Source: Candidatus Planktophila sp.
GTDB taxonomy: Bacteria; Actinomycetota; Actinomycetes; Nanopelagicales; Nanopelagicaceae
Length of the DNA: 51,745 bases
Direction: 5' to 3'
Assembly: GCA_044233685.1 (NCBI GenBank)
Contig: JBIIJO010000001.1
Span: 1-51,745, forward strand
Part shown: positions 36,146-45,726 of the stretch, piece after piece
Layout: every line of letters starts with the position of its first letter
How positions within the stretch are numbered: the first letter of the stretch is position 1
The notes under the pieces: generated by a model
The model's input: only the letters and a program-made list of their open reading frames with translations
Databases searched by the model: none
Told to the model about the DNA's origin: nothing
Position numbers and translations under genes: made by a program

Positions 36146-37864
36146 GTGAAGTCGTTACGAACATATGGCGCAGCTCTGGCTGCAGGGATCATGCTGGCAT
36201 CACTGATGCAATCAACTTCGGCAGAGGCTGGGGCGAAGATCCCATCAACAGTTCCAGCCCTAGGACTGCTTCTTGAAGAAAACTTTGAGCTCTCTTCTAT
36301 GCCCTCTGTTGCAGTCACAATGAATGATGACGACTCATCAAAGAGTCTGATTTGTTCAAGTGTGGATGATCCACTGTGTACTGAAGCCGTTCGGGTAATG
36401 ATTATTCAGCACCTTCCATCCTGCATTGAAGACTCAACATATGCATGCGTTTCTGATGTGTGGGCAATCGATGCCACTGGCAAGAAAACTGTTGGAACTT
36501 ATTCGCTATCCCTTCCTAACAAAAGCGCCTATGACCGCGGCCCAATCGAAGGAATGGAACTGCCTGCTATTCGAGGCATTGGTGCGCTCTGGAACATTCC
36601 TGGTGTGATCAATAGTGGCGGTGAAGATAACTACTTTGTATCAGTAAAAAACAGTATTTGGTTGGATAAGAAAACTGGAACACCTCTGCGAAACGTGAAA
36701 GCTAATTACTATGGAAATATTTCTGCAGCAATTACTCCAGTTCAAAAAATTGCAGGTGAATATATGGCCAACAAAGCAACAGATAAGCGTGATGGTGGCG
36801 TTGCTTGGGGTTCTATGGGTGTTTCTCAAACGCCAACCAAAGAACGATGTGTTGTTACAGATACCGGCATCTGCCAAGTCACTAGAGATTTCCCAGCAGG
36901 ATATCGCTTTGGTTTAACTATAAAAATCGGTTCTAAGTTAAGTGGTTGGTTCCACGGGCGAATTGCACTTCCTAACATCTCTACAAAACCTTGGAATGAT
37001 GGCGTGGAACTTACTGTTGAAGCAGAACCAGTAAAGATATCCACGCTCAACTTCACTGTTCCTAATGCCCAGATTCCAGAAGCAGTGCGCAAGATTATTT
37101 TCACCGATAAAGAGTTTGGTGTCTCTGGTGGTCCAGATGGTGCGATTCAAACCATGGCTGGTCTCTCCGATCCAGACACCATGGAGTTAATGAATGCATT
37201 CCTGCCAGCTATCGGCGATAAGGCCACCAGAACTACTGGCTACTGGTCTTATGCAGCCCTTAATGCTTGGAATCAACCTGCTATACAAAAGTGCTCTGAT
37301 GGCACGGGCGATCTTGCTGGAGTTGTCACAACTAATGCTCTTACCTATAGCGCTGGTCCACCAACTTTTAACAAAGAAACCGGATCACTTGAATACAAAG
37401 TTGCATCACCCCACTATGAGGCAAGTGGGGCAGAGGCAAGTGGAAGTTATGACCTTGTTCTAAAAAGTGACGTTGCTCGTTGTATTTATGGTTTCTCTAA
37501 AGCACCAATAAAGGCAGAGATCTCTATTACAACACAAGATGGTGCAAAGAAGGTTGCAACAACCGTTGTTAATGAAAGCAATGGCTGGCTTTATCTTTCA
37601 GCTAGAGGTTTCACTTTCTCATCTCCAACCATTCAAGTGAAGTTGTCACAAGAAGCACCAGCTCCTGAGCCAACACCAACACCGATGCCAACGGTGGTTG
37701 CTACACCAGAACCAACACCAACACCAGTAGAAGTTGCTGCACCAGCTCCAATTCTTAAACCAGCAGCAGCCAAGAAGATGACCATCACGTGTGTGAAGGG
37801 TAAAACAATCAAGAAGGTCACTGCAGTAAAGCCAAAGTGTCCGGCTGGATTTAAAAAGAGGTAA
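36146..37864 (+). CDS. secreted surface protein, TITC-tail family
   Basis: Paralog of 34164; ends MTITCVKGKTIKKVTAVKPKCPAGFKKR. Confidence 0.85.
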   Translation: MKSLRTYGAALAAGIMLASLMQSTSAEAGAKIPSTVPALGLLLEENFELSSMPSVAVTMNDDDSSKSLICSSVDDPLCTEAVRVMIIQHLPSCIEDSTYACVSDVWAIDATGKKTVGTYSLSLPNKSAYDRGPIEGMELPAIRGIGALWNIPGVINSGGEDNYFVSVKNSIWLDKKTGTPLRNVKANYYGNISAAITPVQKIAGEYMANKATDKRDGGVAWGSMGVSQTPTKERCVVTDTGICQVTRDFPAGYRFGLTIKIGSKLSGWFHGRIALPNISTKPWNDGVELTVEAEPVKISTLNFTVPNAQIPEAVRKIIFTDKEFGVSGGPDGAIQTMAGLSDPDTMELMNAFLPAIGDKATRTTGYWSYAALNAWNQPAIQKCSDGTGDLAGVVTTNALTYSAGPPTFNKETGSLEYKVASPHYEASGAEASGSYDLVLKSDVARCIYGFSKAPIKAEISITTQDGAKKVATTVVNESNGWLYLSARGFTFSSPTIQVKLSQEAPAPEPTPTPMPTVVATPEPTPTPVEVAAPAPILKPAAAKKMTITCVKGKTIKKVTAVKPKCPAGFKKR

Positions 37865-37901
37865 CGTCGCTTAAAAAGCCAAAAGAAAAGGTGAAGTAAC
37901 T

Positions 37902-39221
37902 ATGAAAGCTAATTCAGCACTTCGCATCTCAATTGCCTTACTTCTGGCTGTCACAACGTTAACCCCGGCAGGTGCCGCAGATTCTTTTCCGATGCCAACT
38001 GAACCAAAGTGGTGGAAGCAGACCGGCTTAACTGATATCCGATACGGAGTGTGGTTGCCATGCACTGCTGAATGGAATGTCACAAATGATTGCACTCAGA
38101 GCATCAAATTAATGAAAGAGGATGGCACTGAAGTCGGTGCTCTTACATACAAAAAGCAGCCAGACTTTAACCCCGCCACCGCAGAGCAACAATGGAATAT
38201 GGCAACAGCCCAAGATGGTTCACAGATTGAAAACTATGCATCTGTTAAGGGTTTAGGCGGTTTAGTACACATCTGGACCCTACCTAGTGGTTTTGCAATG
38301 ACTGATGGGTCTAAAGAAGTCAGCGCTAGCGTGCACTTAATGAATAGCAGTTTACAGATTTACCTCACTTCAACATCCCTCGGTGTCTCTTCCCTTCCAG
38401 AGGGTTATTACTTTCAATTCACCCTTAAGAGCTCTGGATTTTCTAAGCAAATCAAATGGGTGCTATCAAATGTGCGCGATCCTCAAATTTCAGTTGTTGG
38501 AGATTTGATTGTTGTTAAAGGGCTACCTGAAAACAGCCCTGCTGCTCGCGCAAATGATCCTGTGTGTGAGCCTAATCAACTAAAAGCTCTATCAACGCTG
38601 CGAAACATGGCAGTTAATTTGATTTATTGGGATGCTGGAAACAAAACAGGTGAAACTCGTCCCGATGATGTGATCCTTGGAACCAATGGTTGGTGGTGTT
38701 TGAGTGATTTCCGTTTCGATCGTGAGAGCCAGCAGATTGTAGTAAAGGTAGGCAACGTTCACTTTGATGAAAATGGTAAGGAAATTCAAGGCTGGATGGA
38801 GTTAAAAGTTAAAGGTAATCGCGCCCGCGAATGGTGGGGTATTGATCCTGCAATTGCTGCTGGGTATGCCAAAGTAGAAGTCTCATATCAAGATGGCACA
38901 ACAAAGACTGCAACAGTTTCTTCTGTATATGATGCCAAGAACGATTGGATCAATCTGCGCGCTTACGGCTTTACTTACTCATCACCGCAGTTAGCAGTTA
39001 GCTTCAAGGGGCCAGTGCAAGAAGTTAAGCAACCGGTGCCAACTCCAACACCTACGGTCACAGCAACTCCAGAACCAGCACCGGTAGAAGTTGCTGCACC
39101 AGCTCCAATCCTTAAACCAGTAGCAGCCAAGAAGATGACCATCACGTGCGTGAAGGGCAAAACTACAAAGAAGGTCACTGCGGTAAAGCCAAAGTGTCCG
39201 GCTGGCTATAAAAAGAAGTAG
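37902..39221 (+). CDS. secreted surface protein, TITC-tail family (divergent body)
   Basis: Signal peptide, PC...DC motif, AYGFTYSSP, PT linker and conserved tail. Confidence 0.85.
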   Translation: MKANSALRISIALLLAVTTLTPAGAADSFPMPTEPKWWKQTGLTDIRYGVWLPCTAEWNVTNDCTQSIKLMKEDGTEVGALTYKKQPDFNPATAEQQWNMATAQDGSQIENYASVKGLGGLVHIWTLPSGFAMTDGSKEVSASVHLMNSSLQIYLTSTSLGVSSLPEGYYFQFTLKSSGFSKQIKWVLSNVRDPQISVVGDLIVVKGLPENSPAARANDPVCEPNQLKALSTLRNMAVNLIYWDAGNKTGETRPDDVILGTNGWWCLSDFRFDRESQQIVVKVGNVHFDENGKEIQGWMELKVKGNRAREWWGIDPAIAAGYAKVEVSYQDGTTKTATVSSVYDAKNDWINLRAYGFTYSSPQLAVSFKGPVQEVKQPVPTPTPTVTATPEPAPVEVAAPAPILKPVAAKKMTITCVKGKTTKKVTAVKPKCPAGYKKK

Positions 39222-39231
39222 CAGCAGCTAT

Positions 39232-39247
39232 TGCGCCTAAAGGCGCA
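39232..39247 (+). terminator. TGCGCC-TAAA-GGCGCA hairpin/palindrome, copy 1
   Basis: 11 nt after the stop and followed by a T-rich tract; identical copy at 41071. Confidence 0.55.
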
Positions 39248-39259
39248 CGTTCTTTGTTT

Positions 39260-39285
39260 GCCGATTCGAGCCCGACCCGCCCCAC
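39260..39285 (+). pseudogene. degenerate tRNA 3'-end remnant (T-arm plus acceptor strand)
   Basis: GCCGATTCGAGCCCGACCCGCCCCAC; TTCGAGC T-loop; 19/25 identical to the tRNA-Lys 3' end at 42301-42325. Confidence 0.5.
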
Positions 39286-39341
39286 TTGCGCAAATGAGAA
39301 GAAAACTCAACTTCTACTGATTATCAAGTTAGGTTTGCTGA

Positions 39342-41060
39342 ATGAGATGCCTGAGGGTTGCAATTTTGATTAGCGTGATTTCGCTCGTGACCCCAACGGT
39401 TTTAAATGCAGCTGGCGTGATAGATGAGCAATATTCCCTTGGAAGCCAACCCAACAAAGTAGGCGTACTTATAGGAGAAAGTATGGAGACGTTACGTAAT
39501 CCAACTTTGCTTTTCAGCACCTCTAAGGATGAAAAAAACCCTTCACAGGGAACTAGTTTTTGCTCAAGTTTGGAAGATCCAAAATGCAGCACCGCACAAT
39601 TTGTCCGCTATTCGGCGCTTCTACCACCATGTCAATCTCTTTCAGAAGTAGATTGCATTGAAAGTATTTATGCGATTGTTCCTGGCTCAACTACTCGAAT
39701 CAAGGGTGTTTACCGTGAATCGATACCAGATAAAATCGCCAATCCATACAAGGCAGATCCTGAAAATGGTTTACCCCAAGGTTCAATTGCAGGTGTCTGG
39801 GAAATTCCAAATGTGAAACATGGCGGAAACACAGCAGATTATGTGGCAATAGTTTCACGTGTTGGAGAGCTTAAGCGCGAAGGAACAAAGTGGATTGCAG
39901 CACCCCCCGGACTTCTCTCAGGAAATGGAGACTTTCGCTCTGTCTCAGGTGACGGAGATTTTCGAGCTGCAATTTTTCCAACAAACATCGTCAAAGATGC
40001 CCGCTATAAATCTAGGGTTGCCGTCTTTACTTCAACTTTAAATGGCAACGGCTACAGCACTTACAACGAAAGCCAACTACCAGCTGATGTGTGCGCCTTG
40101 TTTGGAGATGGTATTTGTGCTTTGAGACAGTCATTTCCAGCTGATGTAAAATTCGGTATGGTTATTAGATTTTCAAAAGTTGTCAGCGGTTGGATGCATG
40201 GACGTATTGGTTCACCAGAAATTGACTATGAATTAACTAGTTATGGAACTCGAATTGATATACAAGGAGAATCTGCGCAAGTGCCTATTGTGGGAGGTTG
40301 GGCCAGTCCAACTGAATTCAGCACAGAGAATAAAGATAAGTATAAAAGAATCTTGACAGATATTGGAACAGCTGCATTATTGAGTTCTAGCACCGATCTC
40401 GCCATGGAAATGGTTCAAATCTGGAATAAAACATTGAAAGACACAGCAGTGGCAAATCCGTCTCAGTGGAATTTCTATAATCTTCCGGATAGAGATATTG
40501 CCACTGCCAGTGATTGTATTAAGTCGTCAAAGACTTTATCCGGCTTTGTAACCACGAATTCAACAACCTACACAGCAGCCCCACCGATTTATAACAAAGA
40601 GGCTGGAACACTCGATTATAAAGTAGCCTCTCTTCATCTCTTACCCGATGGAAAAGTTTTTAAGGGAATGTATAACCTGTATATCGATTCCAAAGTCGCA
40701 CGCTGTATTTATAAATTCAGTAATGCACCAATCTCAGCGACTGTAAGTGTTACAACCGCTGATGGAGGACAGCAGAGCGTTGCCACGACTGTTGTTAATG
40801 AGAGAAATGGGTGGCTTTATCTTTCAGCTAACGGCTTCACTTTCTCCTCACCAGTAATTCAAGTTAAGTTGTCTCAGGAAGCGCCAACACCTACGGTCAC
40901 AGCAACTCCAACTCCAACACCGGTAGAAGTAGCCGCACCAGCTCCAACCCTCAAACCAGTTGCAGCCAAGAAGATCACCATCACTTGCGTGAAGGGCAAA
41001 GCTACAAAGAAGGTCACTGCGGTAAAGCCAAAGTGTCCGGCTGGCTATAAAAAGAAGTAA
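39342..41060 (+). CDS. secreted surface protein, TITC-tail family
   Basis: Paralog of 34164 and 36146; WMHGRI, ARCIYKFSNAPI, NGWLYLSANGF and conserved tail. Confidence 0.85.
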   Translation: MRCLRVAILISVISLVTPTVLNAAGVIDEQYSLGSQPNKVGVLIGESMETLRNPTLLFSTSKDEKNPSQGTSFCSSLEDPKCSTAQFVRYSALLPPCQSLSEVDCIESIYAIVPGSTTRIKGVYRESIPDKIANPYKADPENGLPQGSIAGVWEIPNVKHGGNTADYVAIVSRVGELKREGTKWIAAPPGLLSGNGDFRSVSGDGDFRAAIFPTNIVKDARYKSRVAVFTSTLNGNGYSTYNESQLPADVCALFGDGICALRQSFPADVKFGMVIRFSKVVSGWMHGRIGSPEIDYELTSYGTRIDIQGESAQVPIVGGWASPTEFSTENKDKYKRILTDIGTAALLSSSTDLAMEMVQIWNKTLKDTAVANPSQWNFYNLPDRDIATASDCIKSSKTLSGFVTTNSTTYTAAPPIYNKEAGTLDYKVASLHLLPDGKVFKGMYNLYIDSKVARCIYKFSNAPISATVSVTTADGGQQSVATTVVNERNGWLYLSANGFTFSSPVIQVKLSQEAPTPTVTATPTPTPVEVAAPAPTLKPVAAKKITITCVKGKATKKVTAVKPKCPAGYKKK

Positions 41061-41070
41061 GTGCAGCGAT

Positions 41071-41086
41071 TGCGCCTAAAGGCGCA
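41071..41086 (+). terminator. TGCGCC-TAAA-GGCGCA hairpin/palindrome, copy 2
   Basis: Identical to 39232-39247 and at the same position relative to the stop. Confidence 0.55.
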
Positions 41087-41170
41087 TGCTCTTTGATTGA
41101 TAATTTGTATAACCACGCTCATGATGACCTAAGATGAGCCAGTTAAATGAGTTTCATATTCTGATTTAAC

Positions 41171-41232
41171 AAGTGGGGCCTATAGCTCAGTCGGTAGAGC
41201 AACGGACTTTTAGTCCGTGGGTCGACGGTTCG
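41171..41232 (+). pseudogene. truncated 5' copy of tRNA-Lys (62-bp direct repeat of 42248-42309)
   Basis: 61/62 identical (TTTTAG vs TTTTAA); breaks in the T-loop after GTTCG. Confidence 0.9.
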
Positions 41233-41250
41233 GCGTAGGAAAACTTTTGT

Positions 41251-41940
41251 TCAGTTCAATTTCCAGAGGCCTAAGGATTTGTCTTGATAGCGCCCTAGAC
41301 CTTCAGAGCAGTTTTCATTTATCGTCCTGATTGGCATCCCTAAATTGAAGGGGGATATCGCGAGGTTTAAGGGTCGCCAACCCACTCCTGTGCGTGGGAC
41401 ACGCAATTCAACATTTGCCTCCAGATTGACAAAGGTTGTAGCAAGCAAGTACGTGCTTCCAGACTTTTTGAAGTTATCTAACACTCTTAGCGACTGCTCA
41501 TTTGTCAAATGGACGAGTAAATCGCGACATAAAATTAGGTCATAAGTTCCCAAGAGATCGGATGTGGCATCATGAATGTTAAATTGTTGTCCTGGAAATA
41601 ATACTTCTAGATCTGAGATAAGTTCTGGCACAATATCGAATCCGGTGTATTTGAGATCTTTGAGTTCCATGGCTCTAAACCATAGAAAATCTCCGCATGG
41701 AATATCCGCAATAGTTTGGATCCCATACTCATCAAATAATTCAACTATAAATTCTCTGATAACCTTTGTGGCATCTAAGGAGCTACCCGGACCTGAAGCT
41801 GATGTTGATTTTCCGAAGAGACGCTGCTTGTAGATGACTTGAAAGTATCCCCTGCCGGGCACAAAATCCTTTTTTACCAAAAAAGGCACATTAAAGGTCC
41901 TAGTAAACAGCTGCAACGCTCTCCTGAAGGTTCTTAACAT
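41251..41940 (-). CDS. class I SAM-dependent methyltransferase
   Basis: SGPGSSL..T, DIPCGDF.W, YTGFDIV, DLILCRDLLVHL. Confidence 0.82.
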   Translation of the reverse strand: MLRTFRRALQLFTRTFNVPFLVKKDFVPGRGYFQVIYKQRLFGKSTSASGPGSSLDATKVIREFIVELFDEYGIQTIADIPCGDFLWFRAMELKDLKYTGFDIVPELISDLEVLFPGQQFNIHDATSDLLGTYDLILCRDLLVHLTNEQSLRVLDNFKKSGSTYLLATTFVNLEANVELRVPRTGVGWRPLNLAISPFNLGMPIRTINENCSEGLGRYQDKSLGLWKLN

Positions 41941-42252
41941 GGGGAGAGAGTATCGTTCCCAAGCGGAAGCCTGGAGCATTAACGGCAAAAACCAACCTTA
42001 AATCGTGAATCCAAGAAGGTTAGTGAGGCCACTCTCTAAAGCATAAAAACTTGAAATGCACTCGCAGTCTATTCTGAAGAGTATGCACGGAGTATCTAAT
42101 CGTCACTTTGCGATATTAATCTAGAAAAATCAACCGCATGTGCATCGATCTGCCTTAAGGAAGTTAGCTTGCGATCACAATTTGTGACCGCCTACATACG
42201 GCGCTAGAACCCATAAAAGTCCGATAGAATCTGCGAGCACTTGGTTGAAGTG

Positions 42253-42325
42253 GGGCCTATAGCTCAGTCGGTAGAGCAACGGACTTTTAATCCGTGGGTC
42301 GACGGTTCGAGCCCGTCTGGGCCCA
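42253..42325 (+). tRNA. tRNA-Lys(TTT)
   Basis: Full cloverleaf GGGCCTA...TGGGCCC-A, anticodon loop CT-TTT-AA; TAGAAT -10 at 42225. Confidence 0.96.
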
Positions 42326-42376
42326 CACAGTTTTATGGAAAGCTTCACTCACAAGTCCTCTGCCTTATCCCCATCG

Positions 42377-43234
42377 CTACGATCTTTGATAGAAAAAATT
42401 AGTACAAACATCTGATGTTTCAATAGGGCGACCTTGAGAATATCCATAATTCCTTAAGAAATTGTCTGCCTCACATTTTTTCTTTTCGTTTAATAGCTCA
42501 ATCAGTATCGATGGGCCGTGTGAATCGAGCGTTAAAGTGGCTCCTTGCAAAACTAACATTTCATAACCCTCCGCATCAATTTTAATCACAGATATGCGAG
42601 CGGTCTCATCTGCCAATAACGAATCCAAAGTGACCATATCTACTTCAGATTCGATTTTCCAGGATTCCAATTCTCTACCGGTAGGAGAATTGGATATTTG
42701 TGAACCACTGGAATTTGGGCGCCCACCCGGAGTGATCATTGATACCGATTTTAATTCAGCCCCAACTGCGACTCGGTGGCTTTGCACCGAGTCCACCACA
42801 TCGTTCAATGACAGATTTTTCTGAAGCTGGAGGAAATTACTTGAGTTCGGTTCAAGAGCTAGAACTCTTGGGCAACCTAATTTTGCAGCCAGTATGGAGT
42901 AAATCCCGAGGTAGGCACCGATATCAACCGCTATTTCCGCCTTTCTAACTTCTCTGGCCCAAATCGATAAGGCTTCATGTTCCCAGGTGCGCAAGCCATC
43001 CTTCTCGAGGTCGAGATAGTGGTCATCACGGGGTCCTGATTCAATTAAGAATTCCTTACCAAATAAGGAAATTTCATAAACCTTTAATAGCTTAAAAGAA
43101 CTCACAAGCTTTGCCATTGTTGCCGGGGGTAACAGTTTTAGCAACTTTGAGAGAACTCTGAAGGGCAGGATTTTGACACATAAAAGAGCTGTTCGTTCCA
43201 ATAGTTGTATCAATATTTTCATTAAGTTTCTCAA
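42377..43234 (-). CDS. FkbM family methyltransferase
   Basis: VDIGAYLGIYS, LEPN, VTLD, IKIDAEGYEM.VLQGA. Confidence 0.9.
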   Translation of the reverse strand: MRNLMKILIQLLERTALLCVKILPFRVLSKLLKLLPPATMAKLVSSFKLLKVYEISLFGKEFLIESGPRDDHYLDLEKDGLRTWEHEALSIWAREVRKAEIAVDIGAYLGIYSILAAKLGCPRVLALEPNSSNFLQLQKNLSLNDVVDSVQSHRVAVGAELKSVSMITPGGRPNSSGSQISNSPTGRELESWKIESEVDMVTLDSLLADETARISVIKIDAEGYEMLVLQGATLTLDSHGPSILIELLNEKKKCEADNFLRNYGYSQGRPIETSDVCTNFFYQRS

Positions 43235-43267
43235 TCTCTTCTCATTGTTTGAAACTAGAGAATCAAC

Positions 43268-44407
43268 CTAGAATCTGGAGTAATCTTGATGAATTAACTT
43301 CTGAGCGATAGCATCCCATGTTAATCCTGCTTCAATGAAACTTCTACCGGAGGCCAACAATTCATCTCGGCTCTTAGGCAAAGCCCTAGATCTTAAAAGA
43401 AGGCTGGGGAGTTCGCCTAAATTCCCTGAAATGTAATTAACGCATCCATCTAAATTTTTCCCCCCGCTAAGAGGTGTGGTGACAATTAACAAACCGGTTG
43501 CTAACCCCTCTAAAGTCACGGTGGTTAAGCCTTCGGGTTGGCTGTACGCTTGAATCAAAATATCCGATTCATACATAGACTCAATGACTTTAGAGTGGCT
43601 CAGTTCACCTCTAAAATCAATCCCCAAATTCAACTTTTGCCTTGGGATTTGATCTCTCAAAGGGCCTGCCCCAACAATCGTCAGTGTAAATAATCGTGGG
43701 TTATCTTCAAGAATCAGAATTTCATTAGCCTTTGAAACCGCTGAAACACAATCAAGGAGGCCTTTACCCTCCACAAGTCTTCCCACGAAAAGCACATTTG
43801 TTCGAACTTGCCGCTCAACGATATTGCTTTCGGTAATAATGCTCTTAAGATTAGTTGCGTTGGACAAGACTTGAAATGAGATACCAACTTTTGATGTAAT
43901 CCAATCTGCGGTGTTTCTACTCTGACCTATGAACTCATTACAAAAATTTTTCATAAGAGTCATGCCTATTCGTTCATAAATAAAAGAAATCAAACCACCT
44001 ACTTTTGAGTTCAATGGAACATAATTGCAGCCATGATTCATCCAGATACGTCTTTTAACTTGACGAAGCCTCACTAGGATTATCCAGTTCAAAATAAATA
44101 AGTGAGATTGATAAAAGACTAAGTCAAAGTCATGATCTAGATCTTTAATTTTAGCCCAAAAACTTCTTTGAAAAATTCTTGGTAATGGTAATCGCCTAAA
44201 AATCGTGATAGAAGGGAAATCAATTACCTTGTAGGGATAGCATATTTCTTTCCATTCAGCCTCAACAAATTTAGTAGGCCACTTCGCGGTTGCAACAGAT
44301 ACCTCAACGCCCTCAACCGCGTTAAGCGCAGATGCTAGCTCATGAGAAATTCGCTCGATACCACCGATTTTTGGAGGGAGATAGTTTGTGACAACTAAAA
44401 TTTTCAT
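43268..44407 (-). CDS. GT4 (GT-B) glycosyltransferase
   Basis: YLPPKIGGIE, FVGRLVEGKG, EGLTTVTLEGLA. Confidence 0.88.
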   Translation of the reverse strand: MKILVVTNYLPPKIGGIERISHELASALNAVEGVEVSVATAKWPTKFVEAEWKEICYPYKVIDFPSITIFRRLPLPRIFQRSFWAKIKDLDHDFDLVFYQSHLFILNWIILVRLRQVKRRIWMNHGCNYVPLNSKVGGLISFIYERIGMTLMKNFCNEFIGQSRNTADWITSKVGISFQVLSNATNLKSIITESNIVERQVRTNVLFVGRLVEGKGLLDCVSAVSKANEILILEDNPRLFTLTIVGAGPLRDQIPRQKLNLGIDFRGELSHSKVIESMYESDILIQAYSQPEGLTTVTLEGLATGLLIVTTPLSGGKNLDGCVNYISGNLGELPSLLLRSRALPKSRDELLASGRSFIEAGLTWDAIAQKLIHQDYSRF

Positions 44408-45726
44408 GGTTTTGTTGTATTTCCAAATGAATCATGAAGAACCTCAGATGTCTTTCTATTTCCAAGATACTTTGTAAATTCTCCTACTAGGATTAATTGT
44501 GCAGCAATCAAGACGAAAAGTGAAAAACGGGCATCAGAAATAATTGCAAAAACAAAGAGTCCCGCATTGAGAACTAAACCAAGAATTCCTAATCCAAGGT
44601 ATATTGGATTTCTTTTTCGCCATGCAAAAAAGAAAATTAACATTAGCCAGAAGCCGGAGTATCCAAAAATGAAATTGAAGTAGTTCCATATGCGCGGAAA
44701 AATTCGCAATTTTTCTGACAGCTCAGCATTCCAAAAATAAATATTTTGCCCCGGATATTCAATAGTTGTGTGTATAAAAGGCATACTTGGTGGCCCATAA
44801 AGAGGAATGGGGTTCAAATATTCATGTCGCTTCATATGGGTAGCTAATACAAAGAGTGGCTTTTTTTGGGCCAAGGCCAACCACGCTGAAGGAATATTCT
44901 CCGTTAGGTTGGCAGGTCTCTTAAAGAATGCCGCGCTGTCATTAAACCAAGTGCATGCCTGAGATGATTTCCAAAACTCGCGATTGGTTTTGCCCACAAA
45001 TTCTTCTTGGAAAAAATCATCATCATTAAAAGTTGCTGCGTAACAGGACAAGTCATATCGCATCCAGTTGATAAAGCCGTCCGATTGGGTCGACGTTGGG
45101 GGGCTAAATCTTGAATCTAAGGCAGAGGTTAATCCGCCAATTCCGATTATGAGCACAAGTGCTACAACGACTAATTTTTTGGGTCTAAAGACAAAAGTTA
45201 TTAACATGAATGTTAATAAGAGTGCTGGAACTCCGTTATATCGAAAACTTGAAAATATGGCTCCAAGTGTCAGGAAAGTAAGGGCATACGGTTCTTTCTT
45301 TACATATCTCAGAACACCCGCAACCACTAGTAGAAAGCCAGAAGTCATAGGAATGTCGTGCCAGAGGGTAATTCCCATGGCCCCTACCAATGGAGTCATG
45401 CAAAGAGCGGCAGAACTCCAGCCAGCTGCTTTGCTATTGAATAAAGAATTAGCAAACAGCGATACTGAAAATGAAAGGAGTTGGGAGAAAAAGAGTGTTG
45501 CAATCTCTGGATGCGATCCGTTGATAGTAAGGAATTTTACTACGATCGCCCAAATGGCTGTTGATTCACTTGAGATGTCTCCGCTTCTTGCTATCTCGAT
45601 GACGCCAAACGAATCGGCCGAGTAGAACCCAGGATTGAATGCGAGCCACCACATAAACATTATGGAAGCATTGATTACCACCGATTTTTTGGTATTTGAT
45701 AATCGATTAAATCTTGAGGCAGTCAT
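44404..45726 (-). CDS. polytopic membrane protein, probable GT-C glycosyltransferase
   Basis: PG..SADS first loop, LWHD, RYNG and DARF motifs; ATGA-coupled between GT2 and GT4. Confidence 0.6.
   Translation of the reverse strand: MTASRFNRLSNTKKSVVINASIMFMWWLAFNPGFYSADSFGVIEIARSGDISSESTAIWAIVVKFLTINGSHPEIATLFFSQLLSFSVSLFANSLFNSKAAGWSSAALCMTPLVGAMGITLWHDIPMTSGFLLVVAGVLRYVKKEPYALTFLTLGAIFSSFRYNGVPALLLTFMLITFVFRPKKLVVVALVLIIGIGGLTSALDSRFSPPTSTQSDGFINWMRYDLSCYAATFNDDDFFQEEFVGKTNREFWKSSQACTWFNDSAAFFKRPANLTENIPSAWLALAQKKPLFVLATHMKRHEYLNPIPLYGPPSMPFIHTTIEYPGQNIYFWNAELSEKLRIFPRIWNYFNFIFGYSGFWLMLIFFFAWRKRNPIYLGLGILGLVLNAGLFVFAIISDARFSLFVLIAAQLILVGEFTKYLGNRKTSEVLHDSFGNTTKP

Noticed and set aside
34164-41095. 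Diversity-generating retroelement (repeated 3' ends plus downstream hairpin)
   Set aside because: No reverse transcriptase in the window, the repeated segment is the conserved part, and differences are not adenine-specific
41176-41232. Second functional or suppressor tRNA-Lys
   Set aside because: Lacks the 3' T-stem and acceptor strand; the anticodon is unchanged
37864-41251. Integron cassette array or CRISPR array
   Set aside because: No integrase or cas genes, no attC-like sites, and only two copies of the short palindrome with gene-length spacing
42176-42188. TCACAATTTGTGA palindrome as a CRP site
   Set aside because: Half-site orientation and spacing do not match TGTGA-N6-TCACA; single occurrence
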